NCBI GenBank assembly: GCA_963804955.1
Contig: CAWDSQ010000021.1
Coordinates: 1-36,634, forward strand
Length of the DNA: 36,634 nucleotides
From: an uncultured delta proteobacterium
Lineage (GTDB): Bacteria > Desulfobacterota > WTBG01 > CAIYCZ01 > CAIRTM01
Direction of reading: 5' to 3'
Program-made: the position numbers and the translations under genes
Notes under the pieces: model-generated
Told to the model about the DNA's origin: nothing
Seen by the model: the letters and a program-made list of their open reading frames with translations, nothing else
Database searches by the model: none
In this document: positions 20,484 through 30,149 of the stretch, in pieces
How positions within the stretch are numbered: position 1 is the first letter of the stretch
Layout of the letters: each line of letters starts with the position of its first letter

Positions 20484-22507
20484 TTACAGCGCTTTCACCT
20501 CTATCGTGCCCACACAGTTGCCAACCGTCACGTCAACCTCGCCCGGCTCCAGAGTAAACGGATTGACAAATACGATGGAAAGGATGATCCGTTGCCCGAC
20601 CTTCAGCTTGAGCAACTGCTTTATCGCTGTGCTGTCCCAGACTGGCTTATCTGCTTTAGCAAACTCTGTATCATTATCTCCGATCAGCACAAACCCCTTG
20701 ATCGGCTCAAGCAGGCTCAGCAGTTTATGCAGCTTTTTCGGGATGACCTTCAGCGGACAGGTTTCATTGTCAGTGCCATTGTCAGCGGTTGCCTGGTTTG
20801 CCGGGTTGCCGGTTGCAGCGTCTATATTATAGAGCTCTTCGCCGGACGCTCCCGTATATTCGCACGCCATGACCCGGTAGGCGGTTTCAGCGGTAAGGCC
20901 CGTCACCGTCACACCGGTGCCCGTGCCGTTGTAGATACTGTACCAGCCGGTTGAGCCGATCTGCGCTCCTGCGCCGAACGAGGCATCTGCTGCGTAGGTG
21001 GCATTGTCCGAGGGGCTGGCGGTGCCGTTGTCGGCCTGCTTCATGAAAACCGCGCACTGTCTCTCCGCTGCCGCGGGTCCAGGAAATATCCATCTGTGCC
21101 TGCTGCACGTTTGCAAAAACAATACTGCCTGCCTGTATTGCCGGCGGCAATACGATTTTTGCTGCAAAGACGTCATCAGCACCTGTATATGCCCGCACAG
21201 GATCACCCCAGGTGGCTGCGCTGTAGCCGGTCAGATACACATCGCCGTTGCTGCGAAGGGCGAACCCGTAGGCATAATCGGTCTCGCTGCCGCCGAAAAA
21301 AGTGTTCCAGACAAGCGCGCCGTCGCCGGCAAGCCGGGCCAGAAAACCATCCTGGTTAAGGCCGGCTGTATGCGGCCACGCTGGCGCGCCCCAGGTTGCG
21401 CCGCTGCCGCCGGACACAAAAACATTGCCGCCGGCGTCAACAGCAACGGCATCGCCTTCCTCATACTCGCTGCTGCCAAGAAAGGTGTACCAGGAAAGAG
21501 CGCCGCTTGCGTCAACCTTTGCCACAAAGGCGTCGTCGCCGCCGCTGTAGGGCCGCACCGGCGTTTCGCTCCAGGCGCCGCCGGCAGTAGCCGGTCACAT
21601 AGGAAGTGCCGCTTGCGTCGACGGCGAGGCCGTAGGAATCTTCATAGCTGGCGCCGCCAAGAAAGGTATGCCAGGCAAGGGCGCCGCTGCTGTTCAAGTT
21701 TTGCAACAAAAACGTCTTCTCCTGCGCTGTATGCCCGCACCGGTGTGCCCCAGTCGGCAGTGCTGGCTCCGGACACATAGACGTAGTGCCGGCGGCGTCA
21801 ACGGCAAGATCAGGCTGCAGTCACTGCACTGCCGCCAAGAAAGGTATGCCACGTGCAGCGCGCCGCTGCTATCGAGCTTTGCCACAAAAGTGTCACTGCC
21901 TGCGGTATATGCCCGCACGCGGCGTGCCCCAGTCGGCGCTGCTTGATTCCCGACACATAAACATTGCCGCTGCCGTCTACGGCAATGACCATACCCAGTG
22001 ATCAGCTTCCGCTGCCACCCATAAAGGTGTTCCAGAGAAGCGCGCCATCATCGCTGCGGAGCCTGGCCGCAAAAGCATCGGTGCCTGCCGCTGATACGGA
22101 TTCACCGGTGTCGTATCCCAGGTCGGCAGGGCTGGCTTCCAGCCACATAGACATTGCCGTCGCCGTCTACGGCTATTCTGATGCCACTATCTCTGGATTT
22201 TCCGCCAAGAAAAGTGTTCCAGACAAGCGTGCCATTGTCGGAAATTTTTGCCACAAAAGCATCGGACGAACCTGTGCCGGTAAATGCCCGCACCGGCGAA
22301 CCCCAGGCGGCATCGCTGGTGCCCGACAACATAGACATAGCCCGCTGTCGTCTACGGCTATACCCCAGCTTTGATCAGCGATGCTGCTGGCCCAGAAAGG
22401 TGTTCCAGGCAAGGCGGCGCAGCGCCTGCGCTGCCGACTGTGCTGAAAAGAAAAACAACATGAAAATAAACGCTGCTGTGTATTGTGGGTGCTTTCCTGC
22501 GGTGCAT
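20484..22507 (-). CDS. Secreted seven-repeat (SBBP-type) beta-propeller + FN3-like domain + unknown C-terminal domain; many frameshifts (pseudogene or poor consensus)
   Basis: Seven 'W(N/H/Y)TF(L/F)G...IAVD.SGNVYV.G.S.A.WG.PVRAY...DAFVAK' units about 180-190 bp apart (anchors near 22400, 22215, 22025, 21843, 21665, 21485, 21302). Hydrophobic N-terminus from ATG 22507; start approximate. Confidence 0.75.
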
Positions 22508-22784
22508 GTGGTCCGCTCACGAATGGATTAATAAAACAGAGCTATGTAAAATGTCTTCTCAAAGTTTTGTCTTATTGTCAAACTAAATGGCGGCCATGAC
22601 GGCACTTGACCCGGTTCGGCATATAGATTACGTATAGGCTGTGCACCTCCGATTTATATGGCAGGCACAGCCCATTCTAGGTGCTTGACCGTTAACGTAT
22701 ATATATGGTATAGTTAGTGAACTATTGACGTTACGGCCCTTGTTAATCTGTATCCAGGCTGCATTTAATACGGAAAAAACTTCT

Positions 22785-23925
22785 ATGGATTTTGAACTGA
22801 CGCGACAGCAGAAGCTTAGCCGCAAGATCGCCCGCGAATTTGCCGAGCGCGAGCTTGCCCCGTATGCCCAGCAGTGGGATGAGGAGATGGCCTTCCCTGC
22901 CGAGGCCATCAAAAAGATGGGCCCCCTGGGGTTCATGGGCATCAGCATACCAAAAGAGTATGAAGGTGCGGGTCTTGACGGCATCAGCTACTGCCTCATC
23001 ATCGAAGAACTGGCCCGCTGCTGCGCCTCCACCGCTATTATCGTCTCCGTGCACAATTCCGTGGGCGCCTATCCCATCTATGCTCTTGGCAATGAACAGC
23101 CAAAAACAGAAATACCTGCCCGACCTCTGCTCGGGCCGCAAGCTCGGGGCATTTGCCCTGACCGAGCCCAATGCAGGCTCAGACCCGGCCTCCCTTGAAA
23201 CCATGGCCGAGCCGCAAGGTGACCATTTCCTTCTAAACGGCGTGAAGACCTTCATCACCAGCGGCGGCACCTGCGATACCGTCATCGTCATGGCCGCCAC
23301 CAGACGGGAAAAAAAAAGCCGCGGCATTACGGCTTTTATTGTTGAAAAGGGAACCCCCGGCTTCAGTGTGGGCGCAAAGGAAAACAAGCTCGGCATACGG
23401 GCATCCGACACCTGCGAGCTTATCTTTGAAAACTGCCGCGTGCCCGCGGAAAACGTGCTGGGCGAAGTAGGCGCTGGACTGACTGCGGCACTTGGCGCCC
23501 TCACCTTCGGCCGCGTAGGCGTAGGTGCGCAGGCCCTGGGCGTTGCGCGCTGCGCCATGGAAGAATGCATTCGCTACAGCCAGGAGCGTAAGCAGTTCGG
23601 CAGGCCCATAGCAAGTTTTCAGGCCCTGCAGTGGATGATTGCCGACATGGCCACGCAGATCGAAGCTAGCCGCATGCTCATCTGCAAGGCGGCCTGGCTG
23701 AAAGACAACGGCAAGCCCTTTGCCACCGAGGCTTCCATGGCAAAGCTGTATGCATCAGAAGTGGCTATGCATGCGGCCACCAAGGCCATACAGATACACG
23801 GCGGCTACGGCTGCATGAAAGACTATAAGGTGGAGCGCTGCTTCCGCGATGCCAAGGTGATTGAAATTTATGAAGGCACCTCGGAAATCCAGCGCCTGAT
23901 TATTGCGAGAAATACGATAAAATAA
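22785..23925 (+). CDS. Acyl-CoA (butyryl-CoA-type) dehydrogenase (one frameshift near 23100)
   Basis: GAFALTEPNAGSD, NGVKTFIT, KLGIRASDT, RKQFG, QIHGGYG, IYEGTSEIQR. Confidence 0.93.
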
Positions 23926-23945
23926 CCGGCAAGCATTTGCGTAAA

Positions 23946-24019
23946 CAGGGCGGGTTAAACCCACCATTTATGCAAGCCAATGAATTCGGTGGGTTCCACT
24001 TCGTTGCACCGCACCCTAC
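23946..24019. repeat. REP doublet (REPIN-like), same family as 33633-33704
   Basis: agggcgggttaaacccacc ... ggtgggttccacttcgttgcaccgcaccctac. Confidence 0.7.
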
Positions 24020-24037
24020 GGAATGCCAAAGATAAAA

Positions 24038-24836
24038 ATGAGCGCCCTAAATATCATCGTCACCATCAAGCAGGTCCCCGACACCGCCGAGGTGCGCATC
24101 GACCCCAAAACCAATTCGCTCATGCGCGAAGGCGTGCCGAGCATCATCAATCCCGAAGACCGCAATGCCCTGGAAGCAGCGCTTGTGCTGCGTGAGGCCC
24201 ACGGCGGCACGGTCACGGCACTTTCCATGGGGCCGCCGCAGGCGCGTGATGCTTTGGAAGAAGCACTCTGCATGGGCGCGGACCGGGCGATACTTTTATC
24301 CGACCGGGCCTTTGCCGGCGCCGATACCCTCATCACCGCGTTCACGCTCTCGCGGGCAATCATGAAAATCGGCAAAGTATGATCTTATACTCGCCGGCCG
24401 CCAGGCCATCGACGGCGACACAGCCCAGGTCGGGCCCCAGATTGCCGGTTTTCTTGACCTGCCGCAGGTCACCTACGCGGAAGGCCTTGAGATTCAAAAG
24501 GGTGGGACGCTTGTCGTGCAGCGCGGACTAGAGGACAGCACGCAGTGGGTTCAGGTCAAACTGCCGGCTCTTGTCACCGTCACGGGCCGCATCAATCACC
24601 CTCGCTACCCGAGCCTGTACCATGTTGCAGACTCCTGCGATGATGCAAAGATAAAAACCTGGACAGCCAAAGACCTGCAATTGCCGCAGGCCATGCTCGG
24701 CCTTGGCGCCTCGCCTACAACGGTGAAAAAGATTTTCGAGCCCGACCGCAAGATGAAGGGCGAAATGATTCCGGGCGATGAACGGGAGATGGCGACGGCG
24801 CTGATTGGAAAACTGAAAGAGATGCATGTAATCTAG
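24038..24836 (+). CDS. etfB: Electron transfer flavoprotein beta subunit (one frameshift near 24375)
   Basis: KQVPDT, INPEDRNALE, LSMGPPQA, SDRAFAGADT; after removing one A, YDLILAGRQAIDGDTAQVGPQ. Confidence 0.93.
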
Positions 24837-24864
24837 TAGGGGCGGTTACGCGAACCGCCCCTAC
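24836..24864. repeat. GTAG-type REP palindrome
   Basis: gtaggggcggtt-acgcg-aaccgcccctac, perfect 12-bp arms, overlapping the etfB TAG stop. Confidence 0.8.
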
Positions 24865-24892
24865 GGCAGAACTCACATAAAGACCAAAACCC

Positions 24893-26075
24893 ATGATCCA
24901 ACTTGTTCCTGAAAAATGTATCGGCTGCAAACTGTGCGTGAAGGCATGCCTGTTCGGCGGGATTGCTGTTGACGGCAAAGTGCCGCGGCTCACTGATTCG
25001 TGCACGGGCTGCGGCGCCTGCGTCGATGTCTGCCGCGTGGAGGCCATTATCGCCAGCGGTGAAAAAACCGGCCCGGTATGCGATCTTGCCGCCTATAAAG
25101 GGGTCTGGGTGTTTGCCGAGCAGCATGCAGGCAGACTGAACAGCGTGACGCTTGAGTTGCTTGGGAAAGCACGCGAGCTTGCCGATGCCAGAGGCGCTGA
25201 AGTGACAGCCGTGCTGCTGGGCAGCGGCGTTGCGGCACTGGATGGCGAACTTTTCCGGCATGGCGCCGACCGCGTGCTGCTGGCCGAAGCCCCGTTTCTT
25301 GCAGACTACCGCACCGCGCCCTATGAGCGCATCGTGGCCCACCTCATAGTGGAGCATAAGCCCGAAATCATCCTTATCGGCGCAACAACCACGGGCCGCG
25401 ACCTTGCACCCCGGCTTGCCAACCGCCTTCGAACGGGCCTTACCGCCGACTGCACCGGTCTTGAGATAGGCCCGGACGGAGGGCTTGCTGCAGACGCGCC
25501 CGGCTTTCGGCGGCAATATCATGGCAACCATTGCTACGCCCAATCACCGGCCGCAAATGGCAACTGTGCGGCCCGGCGTGATGCAGGCAAAAACATGTGA
25601 CGGCAGAACAGGCACAACCACAGCTATAGCGGTTTCGGAAGAGCCCGGCGATAGCCTCGTTCAAATCCTTAAGGCTCTTGCGCGAGAGAAAAGCGCCGTA
25701 TCTCTTGAAAAGGCCGAAGTGATTGTTTCGGGCGGCCGCGGCATGGGCGACCCGAAAAACTTCAAGCTTCTGGCAGAGCTGGCGGGGCTGCTGTCGGGCG
25801 AGGTGGGCGCATCGCGCGCAGCAGTGGATCTTGGCTGGATGCCGCATGACCATCAGGTGGGCCAGACCGGCAAAACCGTCAAGCCCCGCATCTACATCGC
25901 CTGCGGTATATCAGGCGCTGTTCAGCACTTGGCAGGAATGCAATCTTCTGATATCATCATCGCCATCAACCGCGATCCGGCGGCCCCGATTTTTCAGGCT
26001 GCCACCTTCGGCATGGTGGGAGATGCTTTAAAAATAATTCCGGAACTTATCAGCCAACTCAATGTTCATAGTTAA
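24893..26075 (+). CDS. etfA: Electron transfer flavoprotein alpha subunit with N-terminal 2x[4Fe-4S] ferredoxin domain (one frameshift near 25485)
   Basis: CIGCKLCVKAC and CTGCGACVDVC; GLTADCT, TRPAFGGN, SGGRG, QVGQTGK, GISGAVQH. Confidence 0.93.
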
Positions 26076-26089
26076 AGAAGGAGGTCGCC

Positions 26090-26728
26090 ATGAAAAAACA
26101 GTTTTCAGTTCTGTGTCTGATGCTTGCACTTGGGGTATTTTTCCTCTCTGCCTCACCCGGCTATTGCTACCGCGAAAAGCCTGATGCCGTTATCGAAGAC
26201 AGCTGCACCGCGGGCGTCAAAAAAATTCTTGTTACCTATGACACAAAGCATGGTGCAACATCAGTCGTTGCCAAAAAGGTTTTTGACACGCTCTGCGACA
26301 ATGCCTCTGTTGATCTGGTTTTTGTGGAAAATCTTGATCCTGCAGAAATACCTAATTATGACGCCATCGTGATCGGCAGCCCCATTTATATCGGCAAATG
26401 GCTGCCCGGCATAAAAAAGCTTTTGAAAAGGCACCATGAAGCTATCGAGACGCTCCCCTTTGCTTTTTTCATAACCTGTACCTATATCGGTGAAGACACC
26501 CCCGAGCGGCAGGCGTATGCGAAAGAAACGTATGTTGAAAAAAATCTGGCAAAATATACCGATGTGCAGCCGCTGGATATAGGCATATTGGGAGGACAAT
26601 TTACATTTGACGAACTGTACCCCGTAGAGCTTTTTCTTATGAAGCTTGCAAAATTTGAAGAAGGCGATTTTATCGATAATGCTACAATCGAGACCTGGGC
26701 AAAGGGGGCAGCTGAGCAGCTGCTTTAG
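26090..26728 (+). CDS. Flavodoxin-fold (HemG/Flavodoxin_5-like) protein with signal-peptide-like N-terminus
   Basis: ILVTYDTKHGAT, YDAIVIGSPIY, GDF....I..WA; MKKQ + hydrophobic stretch; AGGAGG RBS. Confidence 0.8.
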   Translation: MKKQFSVLCLMLALGVFFLSASPGYCYREKPDAVIEDSCTAGVKKILVTYDTKHGATSVVAKKVFDTLCDNASVDLVFVENLDPAEIPNYDAIVIGSPIYIGKWLPGIKKLLKRHHEAIETLPFAFFITCTYIGEDTPERQAYAKETYVEKNLAKYTDVQPLDIGILGGQFTFDELYPVELFLMKLAKFEEGDFIDNATIETWAKGAAEQLL

Positions 26729-26741
26729 AACTTTAGATGGT

Positions 26742-26790
26742 AAAAAATAAAAAAGGCCCGGCAGCAGTTGCCGGGCCTTTTTTATTTTTT
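26742..26790. terminator. Bidirectional rho-independent terminator between convergent operons
   Basis: aaaaaataaaaaaggcccggca-gcagt-tgccgggccttttttatttttt, perfect inverted repeat. Confidence 0.9.
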
Positions 26791-26846
26791 TTCTACCTGA
26801 AGCAACAATTTTAAAGCATTTTTTTTACTGTAGACCTCTCTTTTTC

Positions 26847-26891
26847 TGTCATCTCGACCAAAGGGAAAAATCTTTAAAATTTCTCGCTGCG
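26847..26891. repeat. Short copy of the GTCATCTCGAC repeat overlapping the acyltransferase 3' end
   Basis: tgtcatctcgaccaaagggaaaaatct...aaatttctcgctgcg aligns with 11667-11736. Confidence 0.7.
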
Positions 26892-27665
26892 TTTTGTACT
26901 ACGGCCTGCTCCGTCTCAAAAAAAGCCCTCGCTTGCTTTATTAAATCCGCATTTGAAAAATCATCACTTTCATAATCCGGCTGCAGTCTGCCTGCAAGGC
27001 TTATTCTGATTTCAACGGTTTCTCCTGTGTTGAAAAAAAAACTGTCGGGCGGATATACCCTGTGCGTATTTTCGATGCGCAGCACGCTGATAGGAGCGCG
27101 GCAGAGCCTGGCAATGGTAAATGCCCCTTTTTCAAATGGTCCTATGGCGCCGGTTCGGCTGCGGGTGCCTTCAGGAAATATAAAAAGATTACCGCCCGCG
27201 GCAAGATAAGAACGCATGGCCTTGACCTGCTCCATGAGGTCGGGAGCATCCGGGTTTTGCGCAAGGGCAGGAGCGAGATAGCCTGCGGACTTCAGCACCC
27301 AGCCAAAGATCGGCACTTTAAAAAAGTCGCTTCTAACGATGGTCTTATGCTGCCTGAAAAGCGATACAAGCAGTATGGGATCAAGAAATGACAGGTGATT
27401 GGCAATAACAACCGATGAGCGAACAGCGTACACTTCCGGCGCGATGCTGATTGTCACCTGCGGCATGAGCAGCTTCAGATACGCAAAAAAGCAGCGGTAG
27501 AAAATGCAGTTGAGGTTCTGGAATGCAGCCTCGCGGTCGGTCGCAAACAGGGCTGCGGCGCAATAGGCAGGAAAAAAGAAAAAAATAAATGCTGCGAAGT
27601 AGTATGCCCACAGCAGCAGCGTAATGATAACTATCTGCCGCCGGCCTGAAAGTTTTAGTGAGCAT
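26849..27665 (-). CDS. Lysophospholipid (PlsC-family) acyltransferase with N-terminal membrane segment (frameshift near 27632)
   Basis: NHLSFLDP (HX4D), FPEGTRS, FEKGAF; in-frame upstream hydrophobic VIITLLLWAYYFAAFIFFFFPAY. Confidence 0.88.
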
Positions 27666-27677
27666 GGGGCTGCCTGC

Positions 27678-28910
27678 TTAAGGCTTTTTGAGGAGTATAT
27701 TTGTGTTCACGCCGCCGAAGGCAAAATTCTGAATGGAGGCGATGCTCATTTTCTGCTCCCGCAGCTTCATCACGTGGTTGATCATGGCGCAGCGCTCATC
27801 GACCGTTTCAAGATTGAGCGTGGGTGCTATGCAGCCTTCGGCCATAAGGTGCAGCGTGATGATGGTTTCGATGACACCGCAGGTGGCCATGGTATGGCCC
27901 ATATATCCCTTAAAGCCCGTTACCAGAGGCCGGTTGCCGTACACATCATAGATCGCCTGCGCCTCGATGATATCGCCCATCTTGGTGCCGGTGGCATGGG
28001 CGCTCACAAAATCGACATCACCTGCGTTGAGGGAGGCATCTTTCAGCCCGAGCTGAATAGTCTGCGTGATGCCTGCCAGATTGGGCAGAATCAGGTCGCC
28101 GCCATTATTGTTGCAGGCGAAGCCTATAACCTCGCCCAGTATGGTTGCCCCGCGTTTTTTTGCGCATTCGTATTCCTCAAGCAGCACAGCACCCGCGCCC
28201 TCGCCCACCACAAGGCCGTCGCGAGCTTCGTCAAAGGGCCGCGGCGTGCGGCTGGGCGAATCGTTGAAGGCTGTGGAGCAGGCAAGCAAATTATCGAAAA
28301 CTGCCACCGTCGTCGTATCGTATTCATCGGCGCCACCGCAGATCATGGCGTCCTGCATGCCAAACTTGATCGATTCATAGCCGTAACCGATAGACTGGCT
28401 GCTCGTGGTGCAGGCCGTGGAGGATGAAATAACGCGGCCTGTAATGCCGAACATCTTGGTAATATTGACCGCCGTTGTGTGCACCATAGAGCGCAGATAA
28501 TCTACTGCGCCGATATTGGCGAATTTATCTGATTCCTTGCTGAAAAATATCCGGTAGATATCGCGCTGCACCGTGGGGCTGCCATGCGTGGAGCCGAAGG
28601 CTACCCCCAGCCTGCCCGAGGTTATAAACTCCTGCGTCAGACCGGATGCCTCAAGCACCTCTTTTGCAACCTGGCAGGCATAATAGGCAACCGGGCCCAT
28701 GGTTTTACGGAACTGACGGGAAAAGCCGTACTCCACCGGATAATCGACAGTGCCGTACACCTTTGAATGAATATATTTGGTGAGCAGGCCGTCATCGCGC
28801 AGGGACTTAACTCCGGAGATGCCGCTGGTGAGGCTGTGCATCAGCTCATCTTTGGTGCGGCCGATGGGCGTAATGGCGGAGCAGGCAGTTATGACGACGC
28901 GTCGTGGCAT
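27678..28910 (-). CDS. Beta-ketoacyl-ACP synthase (FabF/FabB-type KS 3)
   Basis: STACTTS, SAHATGT, KGYMGHT, NFAFGGVN; Cys-His-His triad intact. Confidence 0.92.
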   Translation of the reverse strand: MPRRVVITACSAITPIGRTKDELMHSLTSGISGVKSLRDDGLLTKYIHSKVYGTVDYPVEYGFSRQFRKTMGPVAYYACQVAKEVLEASGLTQEFITSGRLGVAFGSTHGSPTVQRDIYRIFFSKESDKFANIGAVDYLRSMVHTTAVNITKMFGITGRVISSSTACTTSSQSIGYGYESIKFGMQDAMICGGADEYDTTTVAVFDNLLACSTAFNDSPSRTPRPFDEARDGLVVGEGAGAVLLEEYECAKKRGATILGEVIGFACNNNGGDLILPNLAGITQTIQLGLKDASLNAGDVDFVSAHATGTKMGDIIEAQAIYDVYGNRPLVTGFKGYMGHTMATCGVIETIITLHLMAEGCIAPTLNLETVDERCAMINHVMKLREQKMSIASIQNFAFGGVNTNILLKKP

Positions 28911-28987
28911 AGTGTTTTCGGCTCGTTTATTGGTTTTCAATTTTTTTCAATATTCAGACGTGCAGGCTGTGTCACATATCAAATTCT

Positions 28988-29072
28988 TGTCATTGCGACC
29001 GCAGGGAGAAACCATAGCGTCATTGCTTAACTCGCAGTGCTACAGGATCTCTACCTGCGGATCGAGATGTCA
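28988..29072. repeat. Degenerate GTCAT-family repeat
   Basis: tgtcattgcgaccgcagggagaaac ... gatctctacctgcggatcgagatgtca. Confidence 0.6.
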
Positions 29073-29087
29073 GCAAGGAGACATGCT

Positions 29088-29345
29088 CTAACCTTCCCGT
29101 GCTTTCATGATATTCTCTATATAATCGCACACCTGATTGATTGTGCGGATATTGAGCGACTGCTTCTTCTCTTCCTGCGTAAGCTCGGTTTGCAGCATCT
29201 TTTCTATCTGGATTAAAAGCTCGATGCCGTCGATGCTGTCAAACCCGTACTTTTCCCGCAGGTCATCGTCAGGGTCGGGGTTCTCCATCTCGAATTCGCG
29301 ACTGCAGATCGCAATAATTTCAGAACGCAGTTCTTCTCGTGTCAT
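29088..29345 (-). CDS. Acyl carrier protein 2
   Basis: 85 aa, acidic, GFDSID phosphopantetheine serine motif. Confidence 0.9.
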   Translation of the reverse strand: MTREELRSEIIAICSREFEMENPDPDDDLREKYGFDSIDGIELLIQIEKMLQTELTQEEKKQSLNIRTINQVCDYIENIMKAREG

Positions 29346-29361
29346 ATCACCATATCCTTAT

Positions 29362-29654
29362 TTCACCGCCCGCTTCGCTCGAGGCGCAGAGAACGCTGAG
29401 AATGTCCGTTTTATCCTTTCTATTGAGAGGATAGAAAGGATAAAGGCTCGCCTTATTTAAAAATGCTGGTGTTTATTTTGACTTCAGAAGCCATGTTAAT
29501 GGTAATGGCTTCCGAAGAAGGCACCTGAAACACTGCGTGTTTTTGATTCCGCCCTTCCAGAGCGAAATCAAGCCACCAGCTTGTGCTGGTGATGGTTGGC
29601 TACGCCATCTTCGGCGAAAAATAAAATCTTCTACCTCTGTGACTCTGTGGTGAA
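29362..29654. repeat. Element bounded by inverted CACCGC/CAGAG-type ends with an internal hairpin
   Basis: ttcaccgc...cgcagagaacgctgag at left, ctctgtgactctgtggtgaa at right; internal tttatcctttctat / atagaaaggataaa stem (about 29410-29444). Confidence 0.5.
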
Positions 29655-29668
29655 TCCGCCTCTTTGCC

Positions 29669-30148
29669 TTATTTCGGAAACATTCCCCAGAGCCGAACCG
29701 TGCCGTCGTCCACTGCCACCACCTGGCCTGTGGCATTCAATGCGCAGTGCTGTGTGAAACCAGTGCATACAATGCTTCCGGTTTCGCCATGCGTGATACT
29801 ATAATCAAAGCGCACTTTCACCCGCTCGATCTCCGCCGGCCGGGTGTACACCCACATGGGATCATCATAATACAGGGGCTCATAAAATTTTATGCCAAGG
29901 TCGACGATGGGATACACATACCCTTTTGCCTCTATTTCTTTGTACGGATAGTCGGCCTCGCGCATGAGCGAGGTACGGCCGAATTCAAAATAGCGCAGAT
30001 AATTGGCATGGTACACAACGCTTGACCTGTCCGTATCGGCATAGAGCGTACGCTGCCAGCAGCGGTGCCAGACAAGGCCGGTCTCCAAGTCGCGCTGATA
30101 GATGCCGGAATCTGCAAGCGCTTCAGGTCTGAATGGTTTTGGTTTCAT
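29669..30148 (-). CDS. Hotdog-fold acyl-CoA/ACP thioesterase (YbgC/4HBT family)
   Basis: YADTDRSSVVYHANYLRYFEFGR motif. Confidence 0.88.
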   Translation of the reverse strand: MKPKPFRPEALADSGIYQRDLETGLVWHRCWQRTLYADTDRSSVVYHANYLRYFEFGRTSLMREADYPYKEIEAKGYVYPIVDLGIKFYEPLYYDDPMWVYTRPAEIERVKVRFDYSITHGETGSIVCTGFTQHCALNATGQVVAVDDGTVRLWGMFPK

Positions 30149-30149
30149 A

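Noticed and set aside
21290..22420. Regularly spaced ~180-bp repeats as a possible CRISPR or non-coding array
   Set aside because: Units are degenerate at the DNA level, conserved at the protein level (WNTFLG...), and no cas genes are present; they are coding propeller blades.
24361..24420. In-frame TGA in etfB as possible selenocysteine or readthrough
   Set aside because: The conserved downstream sequence is in a different frame, so this is a frameshift and not readthrough.
16659..28427. Long antisense ORFs (e.g. 16659..17411, 20998..21780, 22743..23570, 27624..28427)
   Set aside because: Shadow frames of GC-rich genes on the opposite strand, with no recognisable motifs.
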